Made by a program: the position numbers and the translations under genes. The notes under the pieces are model-generated. The model made no database searches. It was given only the letters and a program-made list of their open reading frames with translations, and had not been told where the DNA came from. Positions 8,842 through 17,403 of a stretch of DNA of 64,000 bases are shown in pieces (the first letter of the stretch is position 1; every line of letters begins with the position of its first letter). The DNA is from Candidatus Latescibacterota bacterium (GTDB taxonomy: Bacteria > Latescibacterota > UBA2968 > UBA8231), in the NCBI GenBank assembly GCA_965197905.1, contig CBDAOB010000005.1, positions 1,856,001 to 1,920,000 of the forward strand, read 5' to 3'.

Positions 8842-10173
8842 TTGGAACCTCCACAATTTATTCAGCTGACGATCGCCTTGCTAGCGGCCGTTTTCGTTTT
8901 CCTGGTTTCGAGCTATGAAGCCACGTTTGCCGTGCTCTCGCGTTCCGCCCTCGAGAAGATGAACGAGGCCGGCATAAAACATGCCGCGTTGATGTTGAAG
9001 ATATATGAGCCGCGCCACCGACTCCGTCTGCTAGCCCGAATCGGAGAGGCTCTGGGTATTGTCGCTCTTACGATCTGCTTCTGGTCCCTTGTTCGAATTG
9101 CGCTTCAATCCTTTCAGTTCCTGCAAGAATACGGTGTTCCGCTGGCAGTGATTCTCACGCTGGGCGTATTCCTTTTGGCTTCTAGTCCTCGACGGTTGCG
9201 GTTCGACGAGGATTCGGAGGAAACCCGCATTCCGTCCGTTGCCCTCGCTTTCGTGCCGCTGCATACCCTGTTGGTGCCACTGACCAATCTGCTGGACCGG
9301 CTCGCCGTAGGCGATTCTACACCGGAAGATTTTCGCGCCGAAAAGGAGGAAGAGCTTCGCAGCATTGTCGAGTCGGAAAGCGAGACGGGTGTTATCGAAG
9401 AGGGTGAGAAGGATATGATCCAGGGGGTGTTCGGATTCCATGACCGCATTGCCCGCGAGGTGATGGTACCGCGAGTTGATGTCACCGCCTTTGATGAATC
9501 AGCGACCCTGAGTGAACTTTTCGCATTGATAGAGCAATCCGGCCATTCCCGAGTCCCCCTTTATCGCGATACCCTGGACAACATCCGCGGGATCGTGTTT
9601 GCGCGCGACCTGCTTCAGATCCTCATAAGCGATCAGTGTCCCGATCTGGAATCTCCCGTTTCGACCATCTTGTCTGAGGATGAGCGAGGCGCGATCCAGG
9701 CGAAGTTCGTTCACGAACCGTATTACGTGACAGAGACCAAGAAGATCGATGAAATTCTCGATGACTTCCGCAACGAAAAGAAGCGACTCGCCATCGTCGT
9801 TGATGAGTACGGAGGCACCGCCGGGCTGTTGACGACGGAGGATCTGGTCGAAGAGATCGTCGGTGAAATTCGGGATGAATCGGATGACGAGGAAGAGTTG
9901 TATCGGTGGGAGGAGGGAAACGAGATTCTCGTTGCCAACGCGCGCATCAACATCGACGATTTGAACGACACCTTGGAAACGGATCTGCCAAACGAAGGTT
10001 TCGAAACCTTGGCGGGGTTCGTTTTCGATCATCTGGGAAACATTCCCAAAGCCGGTGAAACCTTTCAGGTGGGTTCGCTGGAGATGACCGTTGTCGATGT
10101 TGACGGCCAGCGGATCACCAAGGTCAAAATAAGACGCCTGTCGACGGTTGAGGAGCACGCCGGCCACGAATGA
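8842..10173 (+). CDS. HlyC/CorC (hemolysin-family, CNNM-CBS-CorC) transporter
   Basis: TTG start after AAAGGAG; N-terminal TMs, REVMVPR, HSRVP, VVDEYGGTAGLLTTEDLVEEIVGEI, ETLAGF. Confidence 0.9.
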   Translation: MEPPQFIQLTIALLAAVFVFLVSSYEATFAVLSRSALEKMNEAGIKHAALMLKIYEPRHRLRLLARIGEALGIVALTICFWSLVRIALQSFQFLQEYGVPLAVILTLGVFLLASSPRRLRFDEDSEETRIPSVALAFVPLHTLLVPLTNLLDRLAVGDSTPEDFRAEKEEELRSIVESESETGVIEEGEKDMIQGVFGFHDRIAREVMVPRVDVTAFDESATLSELFALIEQSGHSRVPLYRDTLDNIRGIVFARDLLQILISDQCPDLESPVSTILSEDERGAIQAKFVHEPYYVTETKKIDEILDDFRNEKKRLAIVVDEYGGTAGLLTTEDLVEEIVGEIRDESDDEEELYRWEEGNEILVANARINIDDLNDTLETDLPNEGFETLAGFVFDHLGNIPKAGETFQVGSLEMTVVDVDGQRITKVKIRRLSTVEEHAGHE

Positions 10174-10191
10174 AATGCCCCTTGCCCAATC

Positions 10192-10220
10192 TTGCGCCTC
10201 AATGATCCGCCGGTTATATT
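10192..10220 (+). promoter_or_regulatory. Putative promoter for tRNA-Met
   Basis: TTGCGC, 17 nt spacer, TATATT, ending 11 nt before the tRNA. Confidence 0.5.
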
Positions 10221-10231
10221 CTCTGGTATGT

Positions 10232-10308
<77 letters not shown>

Positions 10309-10316
10309 AATCTTAA

Positions 10317-10347
10317 CAGGGAGTCGAATACGGCTCCCTGATTTTTT
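10317..10347 (+). terminator. Intrinsic terminator after the tRNA
   Basis: CAGGGAGTCG-AATA-CGGCTCCCTG stem-loop followed by ATTTTTT. Confidence 0.8.
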
Positions 10348-10357
10348 GTGGGTACCC

Positions 10358-10687
10358 ATGGCTGCGCACAACAAGATCCCCGCGGATAATAGCTCGAATC
10401 CTAAAGCGCAACGAATAACTATAGACGAACGATTCGTAGAATTATTCGTTACCGAGGACATCGAAGAGCGTGTGGAGATCCAGGAAATTCGCCAGCTCTT
10501 ACTTCGCAGCTTGCAAGAGCTTACACCAGAAGAGCTCCATGTAATCGAGCTCCGCCACCAACACAAGAAATCACCGGGCTACGTAGCGGCCAAGCTAGGC
10601 CTAGGGCGAGCGGATGCGCAGAAGCTCGAATCACGCGCCCTTGAGCGAATCCGCACCTACCTTGCTTCCTGCGGGTTGGAGCGCTAG
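10358..10687 (+). CDS. Small protein consisting of a sigma70 region-4-like HTH
   Basis: LRSLQELTPEELHVIELRH...YVAAKLGLGRADAQKLESRALERIR matches the sigma region 4 pattern; no region 2 is present. Confidence 0.65.
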   Translation: MAAHNKIPADNSSNPKAQRITIDERFVELFVTEDIEERVEIQEIRQLLLRSLQELTPEELHVIELRHQHKKSPGYVAAKLGLGRADAQKLESRALERIRTYLASCGLER

Positions 10688-10715
10688 TAGCCGGTGGTGA
10701 CGAATTCTTCGCCAG

Positions 10716-12302
10716 TTGCCAGACGATAACAAGCGTTTTCTGGCAGTCGGATGCGGTGGTCTATCCGGGCTGATCTTTTCCCTAAGCATTCCCAAGGCGG
10801 ATATTGGACTTCTTGCCTGGATCTGCTTCCTTCCCGCCTTCCTGGCACTCCGCTACACGCGCCACCCGCTGACGCTCGGAATAACCCTGGGGACGGTGGC
10901 CGGCATCGGCCGCATCTACTGGATCACCGAGACTCTCCAGTTGTTCGGCGGCCTTGGACCTGTTCTTGCGCTGGCAACCAATATTCTCCTCATCGCCTAT
11001 CTGACCCTCTACCCCGCCCTTTTCTTTTACGGAATACACCGCCTGGACCTGGGCGACCCTAGGTTGCCGTGGGTAGCTGCGGCCGCGTGGGTTCTGCTCG
11101 AGTGGTTCCAGAGCTGGGTCATCACTGGATTTCCCTGGGAGTTGGTAGGTTACAGTCAGTATCGGCACCTGCATCTGTCCCAGATCGCCTCGATAACCGG
11201 GGTCTACGGTCTGAGCTTCTTGATTCTTCTGGTCAATGCCACACTGGCTCAGGTCGTGGCAGCACCCCGCCTTTGGCGGCGTCTATTTGCCCCCATAGCG
11301 TTGCTGGGCGCCGTGCTGTGTTATGGCGTGGTTCGCCTGAACGACTTAAACAACACCAACCACACCTCGCTCACGGTTGGCATCGTCCAGGGAAATTTTC
11401 CGCAAGATATCAAGTGGGATAGGGATCGCGTCGCCCAGACCGCTGCAAGATACACCGAACTTAGCCACACCCTGGCCGACCAGGAACTCGACCTCCTGGT
11501 CTATCCAGAGACCGCGCTGCCATTTCGGTTTCGGCACCCAAACTACGCGCAGCATCGAACGCTGGTCGAAGCTGCGGCGAGATCACTGGAGACACCTATC
11601 CTTGTTGGCAGCCTGGATGCAGTAGAGACCGGGACCTCGGAAGCCCTCTACAACCGCGCCTTCCTGCTCGACAGAGACGGTAAAATCGTCTCCTTTTCCG
11701 ACAAGATACATCTGGTTCCATTCGGCGAATACATCCCCTTCCCGGATATCTTTCAGTATCTGGAAGGGTTGACCAAGGAAAGCGGGGCTTTCGCCCATGG
11801 CATTCAGCGCCCGGCGATGGAGATACCTGAATCGAACGAGCGATTGGGGCTGTTTGTCTGCTATGAAGCTGTATTCCCGGAGATCTCGCGGGATGTTGTA
11901 AAGAAGGGGGCAACTCTACTCATCAACATCACCAATGATGCCTGGTTCGGTCGTACGGCCGCACCGTACCAACACCTGGCGATGTCAGCATTTCGGGCTA
12001 TCGAAACCGGCAGGTCAGTGGTCCGCGTCGCAAACACCGGGATTTCTTGCCTGATTTCCCCAGCCGGCGCGATTTCGGATGCGACCGGTTTGTTTCAAAC
12101 CGCAGCGTTTTCCGTCAATGCCGAGACCCGCACCGAGACCACGCTTTACGTCCGCTTCGGGGATTTCCTAGTCTGGATATGCGCGCTGTATCTTCTGGCT
12201 GAGATTGTGCGGCGGCGGCGGAGTGCACCGCAGCCGCGTCCGCAGCACCTAGTCGATTCCGGCGGCAATATCGCCCCACCTTCGAGATTTCGCAGCTTCT
12301 AG
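10716..12302 (+). CDS. lnt: Apolipoprotein N-acyltransferase
   Basis: TGFPWELVGYSQ, VQGN, YPETA, KIHLVPFGEYIP, VCYE, NITNDAWFG, RVANTGIS. Confidence 0.95.
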   Translation: MPDDNKRFLAVGCGGLSGLIFSLSIPKADIGLLAWICFLPAFLALRYTRHPLTLGITLGTVAGIGRIYWITETLQLFGGLGPVLALATNILLIAYLTLYPALFFYGIHRLDLGDPRLPWVAAAAWVLLEWFQSWVITGFPWELVGYSQYRHLHLSQIASITGVYGLSFLILLVNATLAQVVAAPRLWRRLFAPIALLGAVLCYGVVRLNDLNNTNHTSLTVGIVQGNFPQDIKWDRDRVAQTAARYTELSHTLADQELDLLVYPETALPFRFRHPNYAQHRTLVEAAARSLETPILVGSLDAVETGTSEALYNRAFLLDRDGKIVSFSDKIHLVPFGEYIPFPDIFQYLEGLTKESGAFAHGIQRPAMEIPESNERLGLFVCYEAVFPEISRDVVKKGATLLINITNDAWFGRTAAPYQHLAMSAFRAIETGRSVVRVANTGISCLISPAGAISDATGLFQTAAFSVNAETRTETTLYVRFGDFLVWICALYLLAEIVRRRRSAPQPRPQHLVDSGGNIAPPSRFRSF

Positions 12303-13358
12303 GATGGAATCGGCGACCCGCTGGGCCCGCACCCCGTGCCAAAACGACGGTTCGCACGGACGCCCCTCGCGAATTGCGCTGATAAATTCCCAGGCTTGAT
12401 CGTATCGAAAGGTCCAGTGAGGATCGCCCTCGGCCGGGTTGCGGGGAGACCCGCTCTGCACCAGTAGCTCCGGGGGTACGGCCCGGGGCTGATAGTCCTC
12501 CCCGCGCCGGGCAAACAAAATTTGGTGAGGTGTGTGCAGCTGGTATACCGCGGAAGCCTCGCTGCCGTTTATTTCGGCGATATCGTGTTCTCCTCCCGGA
12601 CCTCGGCCCTTGGCCAGCTTGCCCATCTCGAAAACGCCCGTTGCACCGGCCTCGAATTCGGCCATCCAGGCCACCCAGTCTTCGAGATCTTGGGCCGGAC
12701 AAGGACTGCCCTCTAGAGTTTGGTCTCGGTCAATCACTCGTTTCTGCGCCGCGCAGACGGCGGCAATCGGCCCCAGTAGATCCTCTGAGAAATCGATACG
12801 GTGAATGCCCATGTCTCCGAGTTCGCCATAACCGGCCTGGTCCTTATATTGTCGCCACCCGATCGAGAATTCGCCCCAGTCCTGCAGTCGTTGAAATCGC
12901 GCGTGCCTGACGACACCCAAAGTGCCCTCGTGGATGAGCCGTTTGAGGTACTTCATGCCGGGAACCCGCCTGTAGGTAAAAGCAACCATGTGACGTTTCC
13001 GCGACCGCTCCGCCGCAAGATGCATTTCTATCGCTTCGGCGAAGTTCATACCCAGCGGTTTTTCACAGATGACGTGGCAGTTGGCGTCCAACGCCTGATA
13101 CACCAGATCGCAATGCCGGACATTTGGCGTGGCGATTGCCACGGCGTCCACTCCCGATTTGGACAGAAACTCCCCATATTCGGAAAAGGCGAGAGGAATG
13201 CCCCAATCCCGCGCCCGTTTCTGAACCAGATCAGCATTGGCATCGCATATCGCGCCAATCTGGACGCCCGGAATTCGACTAAATCCAGGATAGTGGACGC
13301 CTTCGCAAACAGCACCCAACCCGACCAGACCTACACGGATTTCATCAGCTGCCGGCAT
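12249..13358 (-). CDS. Gfo/Idh/MocA family oxidoreductase
   Basis: VGLVGLG, ATPN..H, CEKP, GELGDMGIHRID. Confidence 0.9.
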   Translation of the reverse strand: MPAADEIRVGLVGLGAVCEGVHYPGFSRIPGVQIGAICDANADLVQKRARDWGIPLAFSEYGEFLSKSGVDAVAIATPNVRHCDLVYQALDANCHVICEKPLGMNFAEAIEMHLAAERSRKRHMVAFTYRRVPGMKYLKRLIHEGTLGVVRHARFQRLQDWGEFSIGWRQYKDQAGYGELGDMGIHRIDFSEDLLGPIAAVCAAQKRVIDRDQTLEGSPCPAQDLEDWVAWMAEFEAGATGVFEMGKLAKGRGPGGEHDIAEINGSEASAVYQLHTPHQILFARRGEDYQPRAVPPELLVQSGSPRNPAEGDPHWTFRYDQAWEFISAIREGRPCEPSFWHGVRAQRVADSILEAAKSRRWGDIAAGID

Positions 13359-13382
13359 CGTCCTCCTCCGATTTTCGCAGCG

Positions 13383-13967
13383 TTACCAACCATTCTTCCC
13401 CCGTCTTTCCGCGAAGGAATTGCCTGCCTTCTCAATTCGATCGATGTCAAAACGGCTCGAGAAATGTCTTTCGATGTCTTTAGGGTCCGAAGAATATGGA
13501 GGCCCCTCCCCTTGCACCTCCCAAAACAGCCCTACGAGAATTCCATTCTCTTTCAGAACGGTCGCCATGACCCGAGCATATTCCCCCCGCATTTCCGGTG
13601 GAATCGCACAGTAGCAGGTGTGTTCCAACACGAGATCGAAATGGTCTGCAAAATCTTCATCGAGACCGAAGATGTCCTGCTCCAGCACCGAGACGGAGAG
13701 TCCTTCTGCGCGTCGCTTAACTCGGTCCACGGCCGCAGGTGCGAAATCGACGGCAGTTACGTTCCATCCCTTCTCGCCGAGCAGAATCGCCTCGTTTCCG
13801 TATCCACAGCCAGGCACGAGCGCTGTTCCTCCCGAAGGAGCGTAAAGCTTGTCCAAAACCTCGACCAGAGGAGGGGCCGGCGAACCCATGTGCCAAGGTG
13901 GGTCGCCATCGGCGTAGATCTCGCTCCAAAAATCAGGACCCCTCGTTTCCACGGGACCTATTTCCAT
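13383..13967 (-). CDS. TPMT/thiol-type class I SAM-dependent methyltransferase; extreme C-terminus apparently frameshifted
   Basis: FWSEIY..PW, ALVPGCGYG, VDFAP, DLVLEHTCYCAIPP, GPPY. Confidence 0.85.
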   Translation of the reverse strand: MEIGPVETRGPDFWSEIYADGDPPWHMGSPAPPLVEVLDKLYAPSGGTALVPGCGYGNEAILLGEKGWNVTAVDFAPAAVDRVKRRAEGLSVSVLEQDIFGLDEDFADHFDLVLEHTCYCAIPPEMRGEYARVMATVLKENGILVGLFWEVQGEGPPYSSDPKDIERHFSSRFDIDRIEKAGNSFAERRGKNGW

Positions 13968-14329
13968 ACCGTTTTGTCACCGGTCTCCGTGTATTTGTTG
14001 TATTTGTCGATATAGTCCTCACGAATGGGGCTGAAGACATCTAGCACCTGCGCCGGCCCTTCGAGCACCTCACCGGAGTGAGCAACATTGGATGGCACGA
14101 GGAATGCGTCTCCGGGCCCCAAAACCTGCTCATCCGATCCGATCTTGAACCTCAGTTTTCCCGTAATCATCAGCCCAGCTTGCTCGTGGGGATGGCTGTG
14201 CTCTGGCACCGTCCCGCCTACCGCCAGATCTAGGAAGGAGAGCATCAGGTTTTCGCCGGCCAGTATCCCGCTTAGGGCACCTGGAAAAAGTTCCATCTTG
14301 GGCAGATCCTTGGAATTGATAAAGGGCAT
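13958..14329 (-). CDS. Cupin domain protein
   Basis: PEHSHPHEQ, PSNVAHSG, DVFSPIREDY. Confidence 0.9.
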   Translation of the reverse strand: MPFINSKDLPKMELFPGALSGILAGENLMLSFLDLAVGGTVPEHSHPHEQAGLMITGKLRFKIGSDEQVLGPGDAFLVPSNVAHSGEVLEGPAQVLDVFSPIREDYIDKYNKYTETGDKTVWK

Positions 14330-14380
14330 GGGTGTCTCCTGTTGGGTTCGAATTTCAGACGGGAGCCCGAGCGTGCTGAG

Positions 14381-14698
14381 TCAGCTTCGGGGCTGGATAT
14401 CGGGTGGGCACCAACGGTACTCGCCCAGATCGACGCGGTTCCGCTGGAAAGGAATGCCTTCGTCCTCTAACATCCGATACTGGAGCTCGTGGAATCTGCC
14501 CGAACTCCGCGGTGATACCTTGCCCTGAGCGTTGATCACGCGATGCCAGGGAAGATCCAGACCGTCCGGCAGGCCGGCGAGGGCATAGCCGACTTGCCTT
14601 GCCCTTCCCGGGTAACCCGCAATCGCGGCGATCTGACCGTAGGTCGCCACCTTGCCCGGGGGGATGCGGGCGACCATCTCGTAGAACGCTTGCCGCAT
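14381..14698 (-). CDS. Alkyltransferase-like (ATL/MGMT family) DNA base-flipping protein
   Basis: IPPGKVATYGQIA, ARQVGYAL, and PWHRV (Trp in place of the MGMT Cys). Start at ATG 14698. Confidence 0.9.
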   Translation of the reverse strand: MRQAFYEMVARIPPGKVATYGQIAAIAGYPGRARQVGYALAGLPDGLDLPWHRVINAQGKVSPRSSGRFHELQYRMLEDEGIPFQRNRVDLGEYRWCPPDIQPRS

Positions 14699-14705
14699 TT
14701 CTGAC

Positions 14706-14948
14706 TTAGCAGTTTGGCGCAACGGTCTCGTCTCGGCCTTCGAGGAGATCGATCGCTTTGGCGTAGCTGCGTTTGTCGAGGTAATGCAAAAGCATTGGAG
14801 GTGTTTCGTCTCCGCATTGCGTACGCAGAGCGCCGATCTGCGCCAGGTATCCGCCCACATCCATACCCTCGGCGTCTGGCCCCCCTCCGTTTTCGATGCA
14901 CCGCATCATCCCGGTGAGGTTTTCGTGTAGCTTGTCTAGCAGCTTCAT
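14706..14948 (-). CDS. Small hypothetical protein
   Basis: 80-aa ORF filling the gap in a minus-strand run, AGGAG RBS, helical C-terminus LHYLDKRSYAKAIDLL. Confidence 0.7.
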   Translation of the reverse strand: MKLLDKLHENLTGMMRCIENGGGPDAEGMDVGGYLAQIGALRTQCGDETPPMLLHYLDKRSYAKAIDLLEGRDETVAPNC

Positions 14949-14974
14949 TCGGAATCTCCTTTCCGCAAACAGTG

Positions 14975-15769
14975 TCAAAACATCGATGCGATTTTCCGCA
15001 TCCGATTCCCTATGTCTATCAGCTCTCCGCGCGACCCGGAAATCTCGTGGATCAGCGGCGCCTCGTAGCCCATCTGCGACAGCTCAGACATGACCAGAGG
15101 CCAATCCGTATCACCATCCAACAGATTCACAAACTGGCGCGCGCTACGACGATAGTCCTTGAGATGTACCCGCTTTATACGCGATCCCAGAGCCCGTATC
15201 CAATGTTCGGGGAATCCGTATTCCATCATATTCGCGGTGTCGAGGTAGATGCCCACCCAGTCACTCCCTACCTCATCCACCAACTCTCGAGCCTCCCGGG
15301 GACTGAGAAGAAACTTGTTCCACACGTTCTCGAGACAGATCGCTATCCTCCGCTTCCCCGCTTCGGATGCCAGATCCGCCAGCGACGCCCGCACATTGCT
15401 CCAAACCTCGTCGTAGGTGCCCGTGGATTCGAGTTGGCCGGGATGGAGCAACACCGCGCCGGCATCGAGCTCGTGGGCTATCTCCAACGCGAGCACCACC
15501 GACTCACTGTAACGCTGCCGATCCTCAGATTGCAGACTCAGAAGGCTTCCGCGATTCCGGGTCAAGGCGATGACGGAGGTCACCTGTACTCCCGACGAGA
15601 GACACTTCTCTCGTACTGCCCGCAATTCAGAGCTGCCTAGCTCGACATCGAGGTCTTTCTCGCTTTTGAATATGAGCTCTACTGCCTCATATCTTGCAGC
15701 GCCACACAACTCCAAGGTTTCTTCGAGGGTCGCGTCACCAAGGACCAGCTGGGATATTCCGATTTTCAT
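14975..15769 (-). CDS. Sugar phosphate isomerase/epimerase (xylose isomerase-like TIM barrel)
   Basis: LENVWNKFLLSP, YLDTAN, VHLKD, GDTDW, final E. Confidence 0.88.
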   Translation of the reverse strand: MKIGISQLVLGDATLEETLELCGAARYEAVELIFKSEKDLDVELGSSELRAVREKCLSSGVQVTSVIALTRNRGSLLSLQSEDRQRYSESVVLALEIAHELDAGAVLLHPGQLESTGTYDEVWSNVRASLADLASEAGKRRIAICLENVWNKFLLSPREARELVDEVGSDWVGIYLDTANMMEYGFPEHWIRALGSRIKRVHLKDYRRSARQFVNLLDGDTDWPLVMSELSQMGYEAPLIHEISGSRGELIDIGNRMRKIASMF

Positions 15770-15802
15770 AGGTCGCATCGTTAAAGGTAGGGTTCGGCAC
15801 CC

Positions 15803-16309
15803 TTAACCAAAAGTCCCAGTTCCGGACAGGAGTTCCTCCAACGAGGGGAGCTGCCCGCTCACCTCCAAGAAATGCAACCCCACTGAGACCGCACCCAAGA
15901 CCAGACCGATCGCGGCACGTACGAGCACGAGGCGAAATCGCCAGATTCCCTCCCACAGGGCGCGGCCAGAGTAGAACATGGCAACCGCGGACAACAAAAG
16001 CATCAAGGGAGAAGCCTTAAACAGGAGACATGCCAAGATTCCCAGCACCAAACCGTAGTTTGCCCCATGTCCCATGTTGGCGCGAGCGTCGTCGTCGGGC
16101 TCTATCTCCCCTTCCACCAGTGGTGCTTCCTCGGCGACCTGCGCTTGCTCCGTTGCTTCGAGTTCCCGTCCCGAATCGCCAAGCTGTCGCCACCACAATC
16201 GAGCCAACCAAATAAAGGTGTATAGCAGAGCGACGAATCCGCCCACCAGAACCAGGATTCCCAGCATCGATGAAGAAATAGCGGTCAGATCGACCATGGA
16301 TTGTTGCAT
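15803..16309 (-). CDS. Hypothetical membrane protein
   Basis: One N-terminal TM, an acidic loop, then about three more hydrophobic helices. Confidence 0.65.
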   Translation of the reverse strand: MQQSMVDLTAISSSMLGILVLVGGFVALLYTFIWLARLWWRQLGDSGRELEATEQAQVAEEAPLVEGEIEPDDDARANMGHGANYGLVLGILACLLFKASPLMLLLSAVAMFYSGRALWEGIWRFRLVLVRAAIGLVLGAVSVGLHFLEVSGQLPSLEELLSGTGTFG

Positions 16310-16340
16310 GTTATCGGCTTCGTGTTACGCAACTTTGCGG

Positions 16341-16369
16341 TTGAAATGGCAGTTTCATAGACCTATCTT
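16341..16369 (+). promoter_or_regulatory. Putative sigma70 promoter with overlapping inverted repeat
   Basis: TTGAAA, 17 nt spacer, TATCTT; TGAAA-N6-TTTCA at 16342-16357 overlaps the -35. Confidence 0.5.
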
Positions 16370-16421
16370 CTTGGAAATTTTCCGCTTCGAACCGCGGTTC
16401 AACTCATCTATGGAGAACCAG

Positions 16422-17333
16422 ATGGCAAAGAAGTCAGCGTTTACTGTAGGCGTTGTCGGAGTCGGTCGCATGGGCGCTAACATCGCCTTACACCTGAAGG
16501 ACGACGGTTTTTCGGTTACCTCCGTCTACGACTCACACCAGCCAACTGCTCGCGCCGCCGCCCGCAAGCTGGGTCTCAAACCGGCAAAAAACCTGGCCGA
16601 GGTTACGTCGGCGGCGTCGGTGGTGATCACCGTTGTCACCGACGACCGTTCCATGCGCGACATCTTTTCGGTCCGCGGCGACTCGTTGTTGAAAGATGCC
16701 AAAGGCACGGTATTCATCAACTGCGCAACCATCAGTCCGGCGGTCCACCAGGAGGTTGAAAAGAAAGCCAAAGCGACAGGGGCCTCGACGTTGGAAGGTT
16801 GCATGGCCAGCAGCATTACCCAGGCACGGGAAGGCACACTCTACCTCATGTGCGGTGGCAAGCGTAGCGTCTTCGACAAGGTCCGGCCCATTCTCGACTC
16901 CATGAGCGTGAGTTTGCGTTATATCGGACCAACCGGATCGGCGGCCAAGGTCAAAGCACTGGTCAACATGGTGATGAATATCAACACGGCCGGCCTGGCC
17001 GAGGGTTTGGGACTGGGCAAGGCTTTGAAGCTCGACCTCAAGGTCCTCATGGAGGTCTTCTCGCAGACCGGAGCCAATGCTCGCGTCCTCGAGACCGACG
17101 GGGAAGATATGGTTGCACGGGATCATGAGTGTTATTTTTCCGCTGACCATGCCGCCAAGGACTCCGGAATCGCCTTGAAGCTGGCACAGGAAGCCGGTTT
17201 GAATATGCCGCTGGCCAGGGCTACCAAAGCACAGTTTGAACGGATGAAAAAGATGGGCCTCGGCGAGCTCGACAAATCCGGCGTGGCCGAACTGACGTTT
17301 CCAGGTCGTAGAGGCTCGCGGAAGAAGAAGTAG
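16422..17333 (+). CDS. Beta-hydroxyacid dehydrogenase (3-hydroxyisobutyrate/tartronate semialdehyde reductase family)
   Basis: VGVVGVGRMG, NCATISP, LYLMCGG, KALVN catalytic Lys, AAKD; GGAG RBS before ATG 16422. Confidence 0.88.
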   Translation: MAKKSAFTVGVVGVGRMGANIALHLKDDGFSVTSVYDSHQPTARAAARKLGLKPAKNLAEVTSAASVVITVVTDDRSMRDIFSVRGDSLLKDAKGTVFINCATISPAVHQEVEKKAKATGASTLEGCMASSITQAREGTLYLMCGGKRSVFDKVRPILDSMSVSLRYIGPTGSAAKVKALVNMVMNINTAGLAEGLGLGKALKLDLKVLMEVFSQTGANARVLETDGEDMVARDHECYFSADHAAKDSGIALKLAQEAGLNMPLARATKAQFERMKKMGLGELDKSGVAELTFPGRRGSRKKK

Positions 17334-17360
17334 CTCATAACATCCTCAAGAATTGGAAAT

Positions 17361-17398
17361 GGGGTGGTCCGGCCAACGACGACCCACCCCGCTATTTT
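17361..17398. terminator. Hairpin between convergent genes
   Basis: GGGGTGG...CCACCCC stem followed by TATTTT, between converging stop codons. Confidence 0.45.
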
Positions 17399-17403
17399 GC
17401 GTC

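Noticed and set aside
12801..14015. 404-aa plus-strand ORF
   Set aside because: Antisense shadow of two genes with clear motifs; no recognisable domain.
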